Shown here one piece after another: positions 9,234 to 17,928 of a DNA stretch of 64,000 nt. A model generated the notes under the pieces. The model did no database searches and was not told the origin of the DNA. It saw only the letters and a list, made by a program, of their open reading frames with translations. The DNA lies in contig CAUTQY010000004.1 of assembly GCA_963540815.1 (NCBI GenBank), forward strand, positions 15,995-79,994. The letters are read 5' to 3'. This DNA comes from an uncultured Bacteroidales bacterium. GTDB taxonomy: Bacteria > Bacteroidota > Bacteroidia > Bacteroidales > P3. The position numbers and the translations under genes were made by a program. Numbering within the stretch: the stretch's first letter is position 1; each line of letters starts with the position of its first letter.

Positions 9234-9592
9234 AGCCCCAATTCTTGTTTTAGATTATTGATATAGATTTTACTTTCCGGGTATAGGTCAATTTCCATAT
9301 CAAACCATTTATTTGCGCCCGTGGTATCATTTTGTTGAAAAAGCAGATAAGCATAATCGGCACATGCTCCGGGAGGAATAGTGTAAGGGTCAAACTCGCT
9401 ATTCTTTTTTTTCATTTCTTTTTCACCTACTATTGTTTGATAACTTTTGATAATATTTTTTACTTCGGATTTGTTTTCCGAACTAATGTAGGTATATATG
9501 GCATCGTCATAATCTTTGTACTTGTATAATTGTTTGCCACAAGAAAAACACAAAAACGAAACCAATAGCAATAAAAGAGATGTCTTTTTCAT
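9230..9592 (-). CDS. DUF4810 family lipoprotein
   Basis: 120 aa with lipobox LCFSCG. PPGACADYAYLLFQQND...ANKWFDMEIDLYPES matches my memory of the DUF4810 signature (PPG..AEYGYLL....F..E...YPES). It is translationally coupled to the DUF799-like gene. Confidence 0.6.
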   Translation of the reverse strand: MKKTSLLLLLVSFLCFSCGKQLYKYKDYDDAIYTYISSENKSEVKNIIKSYQTIVGEKEMKKKNSEFDPYTIPPGACADYAYLLFQQNDTTGANKWFDMEIDLYPESKIYINNLKQELGL

Positions 9593-9614
9593 AAACCATG
9601 TTTATTATTTATTG

Positions 9615-9622
9615 CAAATTTA
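9615..9622 (-). promoter_or_regulatory. -7 box (TAAATTTG) upstream of the DUF4810 gene
   Basis: caaattta on plus is TAAATTTG on minus, 22 nt upstream of the ATG at 9592. Confidence 0.45.
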
Positions 9623-9663
9623 CACAAAAATCTTTGCAATAAAGACTTTATTGCAAAGATTTT
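9621..9663 (-). terminator. Intrinsic terminator downstream of gpx (perfect 17-bp palindrome)
   Basis: The palindrome is aaaatctttgcaataaag a ctttattgcaaagatttt. On the minus strand it is followed by TTTTTGTG. Confidence 0.65.
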
Positions 9664-9714
9664 CGGGGAGTCTGTGTGTACTTGCTTTATTTCCTAATAG
9701 TAAAAATTTTGCTA

Positions 9715-10263
9715 TTAGGAAAGCATTTTAAGAATATCGTTTTCCATTTCTTGCGGTGAAACCATTGATTCAAAACGTTTTATGGTTTGTCCGTCTTTGG
9801 AAACAAGAAACTTGGTGAAATTCCATCTTATATTGTTTCCCTTTTCAAAACCCGTTTTTTGTTCTTTATGAATGACGTCCAATTTTTTCCCTATTTCCTT
9901 AATGGGATAACCTTCAAAAGGTGCTTTTTCTTTTAAAAAGGTAAACAAAGGCGCCTCTTCTTTGCCATTAACATCTATTTTTGCAAACATTTGAAATGTC
10001 ACTCCGTAATTGACAAGGCAGGTTTCTTTTATTTCTTTTGCGTCACCCGGCTCTTGAGCCAAAAACTGATTGCAAGGGAAACCCAAAACAACCAAACCCT
10101 TGTCTTTGTACTTCTTATAAAGAGACTCCAAACCCTCGTATTGAGGGGTAAAACCGCATTTGCTGGCCGTATTTACAATGAGCATTACTTTACCTTTATA
10201 GTCTTCAAAGTTAATATCCTTGTCTGAAAGACTTTTCATTGTAAAATTATAGATACTTTTCAT
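9715..10263 (-). CDS. gpx: Glutathione peroxidase
   Basis: 182 aa. The motifs NTASKCGFTPQY, LGFPCNQF and WNFTKFLV are canonical GPx/BtuE. Confidence 0.9.
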   Translation of the reverse strand: MKSIYNFTMKSLSDKDINFEDYKGKVMLIVNTASKCGFTPQYEGLESLYKKYKDKGLVVLGFPCNQFLAQEPGDAKEIKETCLVNYGVTFQMFAKIDVNGKEEAPLFTFLKEKAPFEGYPIKEIGKKLDVIHKEQKTGFEKGNNIRWNFTKFLVSKDGQTIKRFESMVSPQEMENDILKMLS

Positions 10264-10278
10264 AACTTTAATTTGTTT

Positions 10279-11334
10279 TTAGAATTTATAACTCAATGTA
10301 ATATAATTCGGACTGCCGTAATTGTGATATTCGTTGCGCGCAAAACTTACGGTATATTTTTTGTAAAAAACATTAAATCCGTACGATAGTCCGGTAAGAG
10401 AAAAAGCATCGTTTACCGACATCTCTTTTCTTTGTCTGTGGGAATAACCCAAGGAAAAACTAAAATACTTGCTTGGAAGTATGTCCACGGCAAATCTCAA
10501 ATGCCTAAAACCCTTGTCCACAAAAGCAGAAAAAGAATTTTCTTTTTTTTTACTGCCGTCCAAATCCTTACTCGTTCGCTGATTCAAAGGGTCGTTTTCT
10601 CTAATGTCCCATCTGTTAAGATTGTCCGCCACAACATATAGTACAACAGGAGCATGTTCAAACTTTCCGGAAAAACCTATTTGCAAATCCAAAGGTAGTG
10701 TATCTCTTTGATTGGCAAAAGAATGTACTTGTCTGCCTATATTTTTGAGTGCTGCCCCTACCTGCCATTTTTTTGTAGGAGATACCCACATTGCAGAAAC
10801 ATCCACGGCTATTGTTGCAGAGGAATAAGACTCGTATTTGGAAAACACAGGTTTGAGATTAACCCCCAAATAAATATCTTTTTCTATCTGTCTTCCCCAA
10901 GCTATGTTGAACATATAATCACTTGCAGAGAAAGTTCCCAAAACATCACCATTGCTTTCCGTCAATAGAAACTCTCCGTAATTTATGTATTGTAGGGCAA
11001 AGCCAAAGTTACCGAATTTTTCAAACGTATGTGTGTAATGTATGGCGCCTTGATAAGAGCCTGCAAATATATCGGTATAAGTTACCGAAATTCCGTTGTT
11101 GAGTTTGGACGTTAGAGTTGACGGGTTGGCAATGGAAGTCGGAACTTCGTCTATAAAACGTGGGACAAAATTTAGCCCTCTTGCTGTCATTTGTGCCGAG
11201 TTATAAAGATTGAGAATAGCAAAACCTTCTTGTCCGGCTCCGGATTGCGCAAAAGAAACCTTATTTATAAAGAAAAGACAGACTATAATTGATATTGTTA
11301 TTATTCGTCCAAACATTATTTTAACGCTTTGCAT
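10279..11334 (-). CDS. porQ: Outer-membrane beta-barrel protein, T9SS PorQ-like
   Basis: 351 aa with a signal peptide ending FAQ, an N-terminal LNLYNSAQMTARGLNF...IANPSTL region, and alternating beta-strand pattern ending in ...ITLSYKF. This resembles the PorQ family as I recall it. It has not been verified by search. Confidence 0.5.
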   Translation of the reverse strand: MQSVKIMFGRIITISIIVCLFFINKVSFAQSGAGQEGFAILNLYNSAQMTARGLNFVPRFIDEVPTSIANPSTLTSKLNNGISVTYTDIFAGSYQGAIHYTHTFEKFGNFGFALQYINYGEFLLTESNGDVLGTFSASDYMFNIAWGRQIEKDIYLGVNLKPVFSKYESYSSATIAVDVSAMWVSPTKKWQVGAALKNIGRQVHSFANQRDTLPLDLQIGFSGKFEHAPVVLYVVADNLNRWDIRENDPLNQRTSKDLDGSKKKENSFSAFVDKGFRHLRFAVDILPSKYFSFSLGYSHRQRKEMSVNDAFSLTGLSYGFNVFYKKYTVSFARNEYHNYGSPNYITLSYKF

Positions 11335-11415
11335 TTATATAAACTCAAAAGAGTTGTTTTTATTATTTTCGGCATTTTTAAAAAACAGAGTGCAAACCCA
11401 AGTGTTGTTATCCTA

Positions 11416-13548
11416 TTATATCCTTCCCCAATATTTTCTAAAAAACCACTCCGAACCCAAGCACAATACTATAATCAACCAATACCACCAAAGTGAAACA
11501 AATTTTTTGTTTTCCGTATTTTCGTATATAATGGGTTTTATTTCTTCGTTCCGTTCTATGTAATCTTTTATCTTATGTAATTGTTGAGTATAAACCATTT
11601 TTCCTCCCGTTTTGCTTGAAAGAGTAAATAAATCGCTATGCTTTGCTACCAAATCGTTGTATTCCGCGCTGATATTATTAACTACAAAAGAGGACTTGTC
11701 CGTTAGGGTTTTGCCGTTAAAGTTTGTTTTTGCCTCTATTTGATATTCTCCTGACGGCAATTTGGAAAGATTTGTATAATAGGCGTTATTCGTTTTGCCG
11801 AAAGTATAGGTTTTATCGGAAAATACGTTTTGTTTGTCGTAAGCGGTTTTCTGTTTCAGTGTAAAACTTATCTCCGGAGTGTTTATTAACTCATAATTGT
11901 CGTTATAAAGTTGAGCTCGAACAACAATATTTTCATTTGAATGATAGATGTCCTTATTATCCAAAATAAAACGTTTCTTGTTATCTTTGTTGGAAAGTAT
12001 TTGCAAAGTTTTACCTATCAATTCATTGGTTTGGTTATGCGAAGTATTTATTAAGTAGTTGTGCAATCGCCATCTCCAAATATTTTCACCCAAAATATAT
12101 CCTATGTTTTGCTCTTCTTGCAAACAAAAAGCAATTAAAGGATAGTCCGTTGAGATAGACCCTATACGTTGATAGGCAAGAATATTAAGACTTGGAGAAT
12201 ATGTGTAGCGAGCCGAAACCGATAAAAGAGGAGGAAAATCCTTAAACAAATTTGTTGTTTCCTTGTCTAAGGTAAAAGCGGAAAAATTATTGTTATAGCT
12301 TGCTACAACCTGCACGGCATTGAACGACAAAGGATTTATTTTGATATTTTTTTGCACAGCGTTAAAATAAGATACATTTGTTTGTTGTCCGACTATGAAA
12401 AGAAGAGGAATTGTTTTTTTTTGCAATTGTTTTATCATATTTACCGAAAAAGGACTATTCGGTAGATTATGCAAAACTGCAAGGTCGTAATTTTCGTTCA
12501 AATTTGCTTTTTCTATTTCGGTAAATACTTCACAATCATAGTTATTGTTTTTTGCCACATTTTTTATGGCAGAAATATCGGGATGCGCAGACACTGCAAG
12601 TACAATTATTTTTTTCTTGGTGTCCAAGACTTCAATAAAAATATCCTTAGTGTTGTTTGCCTTATTGCTTTCGTTATAGAGTTTGGTTATTGAAAAGGAA
12701 AGTTTGTTTATTCCGGCTTTTGAAGCTGTTTCCTTATAAGGTATGGTAAGAAAAAAATCCTCTCCGTTTATGGTAAAGGTTTTTATGACAGAGGTTTTGC
12801 CGTTATAACTCATAGTCAAAGCAACTTTTTCGCCTTTGCATTTGTTTGCTTTTATGTTTATTTCCAAAGGGAAAGATTCGTTTAAGAAACAGATTTTGTT
12901 ATAACGCACATCACTTATTTGTATATCCTTTCTTTGTGTAGTATCTCCCAGGGCAACGCTATAAACGGGACAAGTAAAATATTCCTCGTTATTCAAAAGA
13001 CTGTGACCTTGTGTTGCAATGGCATCCGTGCAAAGCACAAGGGCGGAAAGATTTTCCTTGTTAAAATTTTGTGCAACATAATTATAAAGTTCCGAAAAAT
13101 CCGTTGTATAATCCTCATAAACAATATTATTGTCGTCTGTTTTGTCGAAATCAAAATTTCTTGTTTCTTGTCCGAATTTGAGCAAAACGACATTATGGTT
13201 TTTCCGTAAATCGTTATATAGTTTTTCCAAATTTCGCAAATAGGTTTGATTTGTTTGCTTGTTTGTTTGCCAATGATTTCGTATTGACAGCGAAACATCC
13301 TGCGCCATTACTATAATAGGTTTTTCTATATGCTTATGTGTTATACGTTTAACAGGTGAAAGCAGCAAAAACAAAATTAAAAACAAAGCAATGAATTTAA
13401 ACAAAAATAATATCAGTCTTTGTTGCTTTGAGTACGGTGACGTTTTTTTGTTTTTGAAAGTAACTAACAGATTGTATTGCCAACCGGCCAAAAGCAAGGC
13501 AACCAAAATTATGGCAGGTAAAAACCAAACGGAATATTCCAAAAACAT
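11416..13548 (-). CDS. Large membrane protein of unknown function (double-TM N-terminus, C-terminal TM anchor; BatA/vWA-like family suspected)
   Basis: 710 aa. There are two N-terminal hydrophobic helices and a C-terminal helix, WWYWLIIVLCLGSEWFFRKYWGRI. The start overlaps the djlA-like stop (TAATG). The functional call is weak. Confidence 0.4.
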   Translation of the reverse strand: MFLEYSVWFLPAIILVALLLAGWQYNLLVTFKNKKTSPYSKQQRLILFLFKFIALFLILFLLLSPVKRITHKHIEKPIIVMAQDVSLSIRNHWQTNKQTNQTYLRNLEKLYNDLRKNHNVVLLKFGQETRNFDFDKTDDNNIVYEDYTTDFSELYNYVAQNFNKENLSALVLCTDAIATQGHSLLNNEEYFTCPVYSVALGDTTQRKDIQISDVRYNKICFLNESFPLEINIKANKCKGEKVALTMSYNGKTSVIKTFTINGEDFFLTIPYKETASKAGINKLSFSITKLYNESNKANNTKDIFIEVLDTKKKIIVLAVSAHPDISAIKNVAKNNNYDCEVFTEIEKANLNENYDLAVLHNLPNSPFSVNMIKQLQKKTIPLLFIVGQQTNVSYFNAVQKNIKINPLSFNAVQVVASYNNNFSAFTLDKETTNLFKDFPPLLSVSARYTYSPSLNILAYQRIGSISTDYPLIAFCLQEEQNIGYILGENIWRWRLHNYLINTSHNQTNELIGKTLQILSNKDNKKRFILDNKDIYHSNENIVVRAQLYNDNYELINTPEISFTLKQKTAYDKQNVFSDKTYTFGKTNNAYYTNLSKLPSGEYQIEAKTNFNGKTLTDKSSFVVNNISAEYNDLVAKHSDLFTLSSKTGGKMVYTQQLHKIKDYIERNEEIKPIIYENTENKKFVSLWWYWLIIVLCLGSEWFFRKYWGRI

Positions 13549-14261
13549 TAGTTAAAATTCCTTTCCTTCTTAATAGTCTCGTAAGCCTCGTTTATTTGTT
13601 TAAATTTCTTTTCTGCGTCTTTTTGAGCTTTTTCTCCAAGGTGAGCAACCTTATCCGGATGATATTTTATACAAAGTTTTCTATAAGACCTTCTGATTTC
13701 TTCATTGTCGGACTCTCTGGTAACTTGCAGTATGGTGTAGGCAGAGTCCGTATTTTTGAAGTACATATTTTCTATTGTCCTATAGTCGTTATTTGAAATC
13801 AACAACAGATTGGCAATTTGTGCCATACTATTTTTTTCCGAGTTGGAAATTTCTCCGTCCGCCAAGGCAATACCAAACAAAAGATGCAACAATTCCAAAC
13901 GCGAAGCGTAGGCAATATTATGATTTATTTCCCTGCAAGCACGATTTATGTCTATGTTTTGTTTTAGTAATTCCCTAAGAATGAGAAGCCTATTCTGAGC
14001 GTCAGCTTCTCCCAAAGTATCTCTCAGCCATTTTTTTACAACCTCAAGTTCTCCTCTTTTTACAACACCGTCCGACTTCATTACATGGGCAAAAAGCACC
14101 AACAAACTCATAACAAAATCTCCTTGCCGTTTGCCGTTGTTCTCATACTCTTTTTTAACGCCGGAGTCTATCAAAGAACCTATGCCATAACCAATCAATG
14201 CTCCCAAAAATCCGCCACCGAACAAAAAACCGAGTATTGCGCCCGTCCATTTCATACCCAT
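13548..14261 (-). CDS. djlA: DjlA-like co-chaperone (N-terminal TM, TerB-like domain, C-terminal J domain)
   Basis: 237 aa. The C-terminus AYTILQVTRESDNEEIRRSYRKLCIKYHPDK...FKQINEAYETI is a J domain with HPD. The N-terminus is a glycine-rich TM helix. Confidence 0.75.
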   Translation of the reverse strand: MGMKWTGAILGFLFGGGFLGALIGYGIGSLIDSGVKKEYENNGKRQGDFVMSLLVLFAHVMKSDGVVKRGELEVVKKWLRDTLGEADAQNRLLILRELLKQNIDINRACREINHNIAYASRLELLHLLFGIALADGEISNSEKNSMAQIANLLLISNNDYRTIENMYFKNTDSAYTILQVTRESDNEEIRRSYRKLCIKYHPDKVAHLGEKAQKDAEKKFKQINEAYETIKKERNFN

Positions 14262-14285
14262 AAAAAATATTTATATTTTATTTTG

Positions 14286-14293
14286 CAAAGGTA
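14286..14293 (-). promoter_or_regulatory. -7 box (TACCTTTG) upstream of the djlA-like gene
   Basis: caaaggta on plus, 24 nt upstream of the ATG at 14261. Confidence 0.5.
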
Positions 14294-14391
14294 TAAAATA
14301 ACTAACACAAAAATACCTTAGAGCCAAAGAAATAAATTAACTTATCCGGTTATAGACTTCAGAGGGTTGAATTTATTTTATCAAAAAACAC

Positions 14392-14399
14392 TAATTTTG
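14392..14399 (+). promoter_or_regulatory. -7 box (TAATTTTG) upstream of the CCA-adding enzyme gene
   Basis: TAATTTTG lies 30 nt upstream of the ATG at 14430. Confidence 0.5.
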
Positions 14400-14429
14400 C
14401 AAAGAACTTTATAGACGGGTAGTATAGAA

Positions 14430-15863
14430 ATGAATTTAAAAGAAAAGATAGAGGACGATATTTTTCACTTAGTCGGTAATGTAGCGGATGAACTCAGTGT
14501 TGATGCCTATGTTGTGGGGGGATATGTAAGAGATATTATACTAAAATGTCATAGTACGGATATAGATATTGTTTGTGTGGGTAGCGGAATAGAGTTGGCA
14601 AATGCCGTAGCCTCGCACATAACTTGTTTGAAAAAAGTTTCCGTGTTCAAATCATTCGGTACGGCAATGATACATTATAGGACTCAAAACAAGGATTGGC
14701 AGGTGGAATTCGTAGGAGCAAGAAAAGAGTCCTATAGAGCAAACAGTCGCAAACCCATTGTAGAGGACGGCACTTTGCAAGATGACCAAAACCGCAGGGA
14801 CTTTACCATTAATGCCATGGCAATATCCCTTAACGAAAAAAACTATGGCGAATTGCTTGACCCTTTTAACGGTTTGTTTGATTTGGAAAGGCAAATAATT
14901 CGTACGCCTTTGGACCCCGATATTACTTTTTCGGATGACCCCTTGAGAATGCTTCGCTGTATTAGATTTGCAACTCAGTTGGATTTTTCCATTCTACCGG
15001 AAACTTTTGAGGCGATAAAAAGAAACGCTTCGCGTATAAAAATCATTTCTCAAGAAAGAATTACCGAAGAGTTAAATAAGATGATACTTGCTCGTTTTCC
15101 TTCCATGGCTTTTAAATTGTTAGACAGGTCGGGCTTGCTGAAAATAATTTTTCCCGAATTGGTTGCTCTCAAAGGAGTGGAAAGTATAGGAGAAAAATCG
15201 CACAAGGACAACTTCCGACACACATTGGAGGTTTTGGACAACGTAGCCAAACAATCAAACAAACTTTTTTTGCGTTGGGCTGCTTTGTTACACGATATAG
15301 CAAAACCTCTGTGTAAAAGATACGATGAAAAAACCGGTTTTTCTTTTCACGGGCATGAGGTTAAAGGTTCTTATATGGTAGAAAAAATATTTCGCCGTAT
15401 GAAATTGCCACTAAATGAAAATATGAAATATGTCCAAAAACTTGTCTTATTACATTTGCGACCAATTGCTTTGGTAGAAGACGAGGTAACGGATTCCGCA
15501 ATAAGACGATGTTTGTTTGAAGCCTCAGATGACATAGAAGACCTTATGATACTGTGTTATAGCGATATTACCTCAAAGAACCTTGCAAAAAAATCCAAAT
15601 ACATATCCAATCTTAACTCTGTTAAACAAAAAATGCGGAAAATAGAAGAAAAAGATAAAATAAGAAACTTCAAAGTTCCTATAACCGGTGAGGAAATTAT
15701 GCAAATCTATAATCTAAAACCCGGTAGGACGGTTGGCTTACTTAAAGATAAGATAAAAGAGGCCATTTTGGAAGGAAATATACATAACGACAGACAAGAG
15801 GCTTTGGAATTGTTATATTCGGAGGCTAAAAGACTGAATCTGCAAGTACAAAACAGCCAGTAA
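14430..15863 (+). CDS. cca: tRNA nucleotidyltransferase (CCA-adding enzyme) / poly(A) polymerase family with HD domain
   Basis: 477 aa. YVVGGYVRD, DIDIV, RRDFTINAM and DPLRMLR are head-domain motifs. An HD domain follows (LLHDIAKP). Confidence 0.85.
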   Translation: MNLKEKIEDDIFHLVGNVADELSVDAYVVGGYVRDIILKCHSTDIDIVCVGSGIELANAVASHITCLKKVSVFKSFGTAMIHYRTQNKDWQVEFVGARKESYRANSRKPIVEDGTLQDDQNRRDFTINAMAISLNEKNYGELLDPFNGLFDLERQIIRTPLDPDITFSDDPLRMLRCIRFATQLDFSILPETFEAIKRNASRIKIISQERITEELNKMILARFPSMAFKLLDRSGLLKIIFPELVALKGVESIGEKSHKDNFRHTLEVLDNVAKQSNKLFLRWAALLHDIAKPLCKRYDEKTGFSFHGHEVKGSYMVEKIFRRMKLPLNENMKYVQKLVLLHLRPIALVEDEVTDSAIRRCLFEASDDIEDLMILCYSDITSKNLAKKSKYISNLNSVKQKMRKIEEKDKIRNFKVPITGEEIMQIYNLKPGRTVGLLKDKIKEAILEGNIHNDRQEALELLYSEAKRLNLQVQNSQ

Positions 15864-15876
15864 ACGATTTTAAGTT

Positions 15877-16731
15877 TTATTCACACATTACAAAAAGGTC
15901 GTCTCTTCTATTTAGAAACAATACGGGCACGAGTCTAATGTTATTAATAATTTTTCGTTCCGTCAATCCAAAGAAAAACTCCAAAAAACTTTTGTTTGCA
16001 GTGGTTTGAAAAATACACAAATCTTTTCTTTCTCTTTGAGCGAAATCCAAAGCCTGAATGTCTGTTTGTATTCTCCTATTCAAAGAGTGTTGATTAAGGG
16101 TTTGTATTCCAAAATTTTTAAACATCTTTCTTGCAAAACCTATGTTTAGATTAAGTTGTTTTTGCAAATATTCGTCTTTGTATCTGTGATAAAAAATATT
16201 TATAACAGACTGAGCAAACCTTCCAAAATAAGAAGCCCAAAGTACTTTTTCCTTACTTTCTTTCAGTGAATCCATGCTGAGTACGATTTGTTTAAAATCA
16301 TTGTCTTTTAGGGTCTGCTTTGCAAATAAAAAATAGGCTATACGAGAGGAATAAAAATTTTTTATAATATTGTTTGTTGTTATGGGATTGTTTTTTTTCT
16401 TACTTTTATTATCCACCTCGGCAACTATCATTACTCCGTTTAGAATTTCTCCCAAGGAATGAATAATTTCTTTGGTTCTCCCTTTTAGTGCTACAAAAGA
16501 ATGGGTATAAGGAATGTCTATTTCTTTATTTATTTTCTCTAAATCTTTAGAGGCTTGAGAGGTGGAAATATTCGTATATCTTTCGTCTGATATATGCAGG
16601 AGTACGATACCCTTTTGCAACATCAAAGCAAATTTCTCCGCCCAAAAAATCGTATCCGCATAATTGCTGAAATCGGTAATATAGGCAATAACAAATTGGT
16701 CTCTATATTCTCCTTTTCTATACTTAGCCAT
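15877..16731 (-). CDS. Hypothetical protein (possibly tandem universal-stress-protein-like domains)
   Basis: 284-aa ORF in a coding-like context with no confident motif. The USP-like idea rests only on a two-domain alpha/beta-looking pattern. Confidence 0.5.
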   Translation of the reverse strand: MAKYRKGEYRDQFVIAYITDFSNYADTIFWAEKFALMLQKGIVLLHISDERYTNISTSQASKDLEKINKEIDIPYTHSFVALKGRTKEIIHSLGEILNGVMIVAEVDNKSKKKNNPITTNNIIKNFYSSRIAYFLFAKQTLKDNDFKQIVLSMDSLKESKEKVLWASYFGRFAQSVINIFYHRYKDEYLQKQLNLNIGFARKMFKNFGIQTLNQHSLNRRIQTDIQALDFAQRERKDLCIFQTTANKSFLEFFFGLTERKIINNIRLVPVLFLNRRDDLFVMCE

Positions 16732-16736
16732 GTATG

Positions 16737-17459
16737 TTAATACCTATAACTCTGTCTTTTACGCCAGTAGATAACCAAAAACAAACCTGCCAACGCTCCT
16801 CCGAGGTGTGCAAAATGTGCAACGCCGTCAGAGGTTGCCCAAACTCCGTTAAATAACTCCAAAAGCATGTATCCGATAACAAAATATTTACACTTTATGG
16901 GCACAAAAAAATAGAGGTATATGTAATTGTTTGGAAACATCATACCGAAGGCTAGCAACAAGCCGAAGCATATGCCCGATGCACCTATGGTATTTATTTG
17001 ATTGAGATAAGCCTCGTTGCTTATCACTTTTTCCATTCCTCCTCCGACAAGTCTTACGCCATTATACACTCCGTCCAAAATATCTTTGTACATAAAATAA
17101 TATGTTATTTCTTGCATAATGGCTGCTCCTAAGGCAGTAACCGTACAATAAATCAGAAATCTTTTGCTTCCCCAAACATTTTCCAGCACTGCACCAAACA
17201 TCCAAACGGCAAACATATTAAAAAACAAGTGTGAGAAACTGCCGTGAAACAAAGAATATGTAATTAGTTGCCAAGGATAAAAACTTTCGGTAGGAAAAAA
17301 ATGAAGTCCGAAAACTTTATTCAAACTTATACCTCTTGTCTCTAAAACCACACTCAAAAGATAAAGTAGAGTATTTATAATGAGTAAATGTTTGCAAACA
17401 GTAGGAAGAATACTAAAACCTTGGGGTTTATATTCATAATTATTATTTCCCGTGTACAT
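16737..17459 (-). CDS. Rhomboid family intramembrane serine protease
   Basis: ORF track 16737..17513. The start is moved to ATG 17459 because the first codons (MYFCKY) coincide with a TATTTTTG promoter box. Motifs: HGSFSHLFFNM, GASGICFGLL (catalytic Ser) and HFAHLGGALAG (catalytic His). Confidence 0.85.
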   Translation of the reverse strand: MYTGNNNYEYKPQGFSILPTVCKHLLIINTLLYLLSVVLETRGISLNKVFGLHFFPTESFYPWQLITYSLFHGSFSHLFFNMFAVWMFGAVLENVWGSKRFLIYCTVTALGAAIMQEITYYFMYKDILDGVYNGVRLVGGGMEKVISNEAYLNQINTIGASGICFGLLLAFGMMFPNNYIYLYFFVPIKCKYFVIGYMLLELFNGVWATSDGVAHFAHLGGALAGLFLVIYWRKRQSYRY

Positions 17460-17502
17460 AAAAGTGTTGTTCTCTTTAAATGACTGAATATTTAAGTATT
17501 TG

Positions 17503-17510
17503 CAAAAATA
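17503..17510 (-). promoter_or_regulatory. -7 box (TATTTTTG) upstream of the rhomboid gene
   Basis: caaaaata on plus, 43 nt upstream of ATG 17459. Confidence 0.45.
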
Positions 17511-17596
17511 CAATAAAAAATTGTTTTAGGTATGTCGGTTATAAATTAAAAGATTCAAACTTCTTTATCTTTTACAACCGTTCAAAGGTGTAAAAT

Positions 17597-17745
17597 TGCC
17601 TTTCTTTGTTTGCTTTCTGCCACTCTTTGTTTCAATGTGGAAAAAACATAGTTTTTCCGGCAAAAAAACATAGTTTTTTGACTCAAAAAACTATGTTTTT
17701 TTGATAACGAATCGCCGTTTGGCAGAAACAAAACAAAGAAAGGCA
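17597..17745 (+). repeat. 149-bp palindromic element, copy 1 (MITE-like or structured-RNA candidate)
   Basis: The 26-bp terminal inverted repeats are tgcctttctttgtttgctttctgcca / tggcagaaacaaaacaaagaaaggca. Three modules: A6-CATAG-T5 (17641-17656), A7-CATAG-T6 (17662-17679) and A6-CTATG-T7 (17685-17702). Modules 2 and 3 are perfect 18-nt reverse complements. Confidence 0.85.
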
Positions 17746-17783
17746 GAATCCTTTCCGTCTTTGGCTGTATCGTGCCGTTTTAC

Positions 17784-17846
17784 GAGTAACTTTGCTGCGT
17801 GGCAATCCACAAAAACATAAAATGGAATGGATTGCCATGCAACAAG
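17784..17846. repeat. REP-like hairpin unit (..TTGCTGCGTGGCAATCCA / TGGATTGCCATGCAACAA)
   Basis: The arms are inverted around a ~18-nt loop and belong to the same GGCAATCC/GGATTGCC family as 3171-3253. Confidence 0.7.
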
Positions 17847-17928
17847 ATTAATCGAAATGAAAGGCGGGGTTAGTTGTCAGAGGAAGGAATCCAAAGAAAA
17901 ATGTATTTATCGTATATGTTATTGTTGA

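Noticed and set aside
8532-9261. Plus-strand ORFs of 189, 91 and 104 aa that are extremely F/L/S-rich.
   Set aside because: They are antisense read-through of the K/E-rich (AAA/GAA) low-complexity tract of the minus-strand lipoprotein gene. The composition is an artefact, not a membrane protein.
17641-17702. Three direct or inverted 16-18-nt modules that could be read as a mini CRISPR-like array.
   Set aside because: The modules are separated by only 4-5 nt, there are no spacers, and there are no cas genes. The modules are mutually complementary, so they are hairpin arms and not CRISPR repeats.
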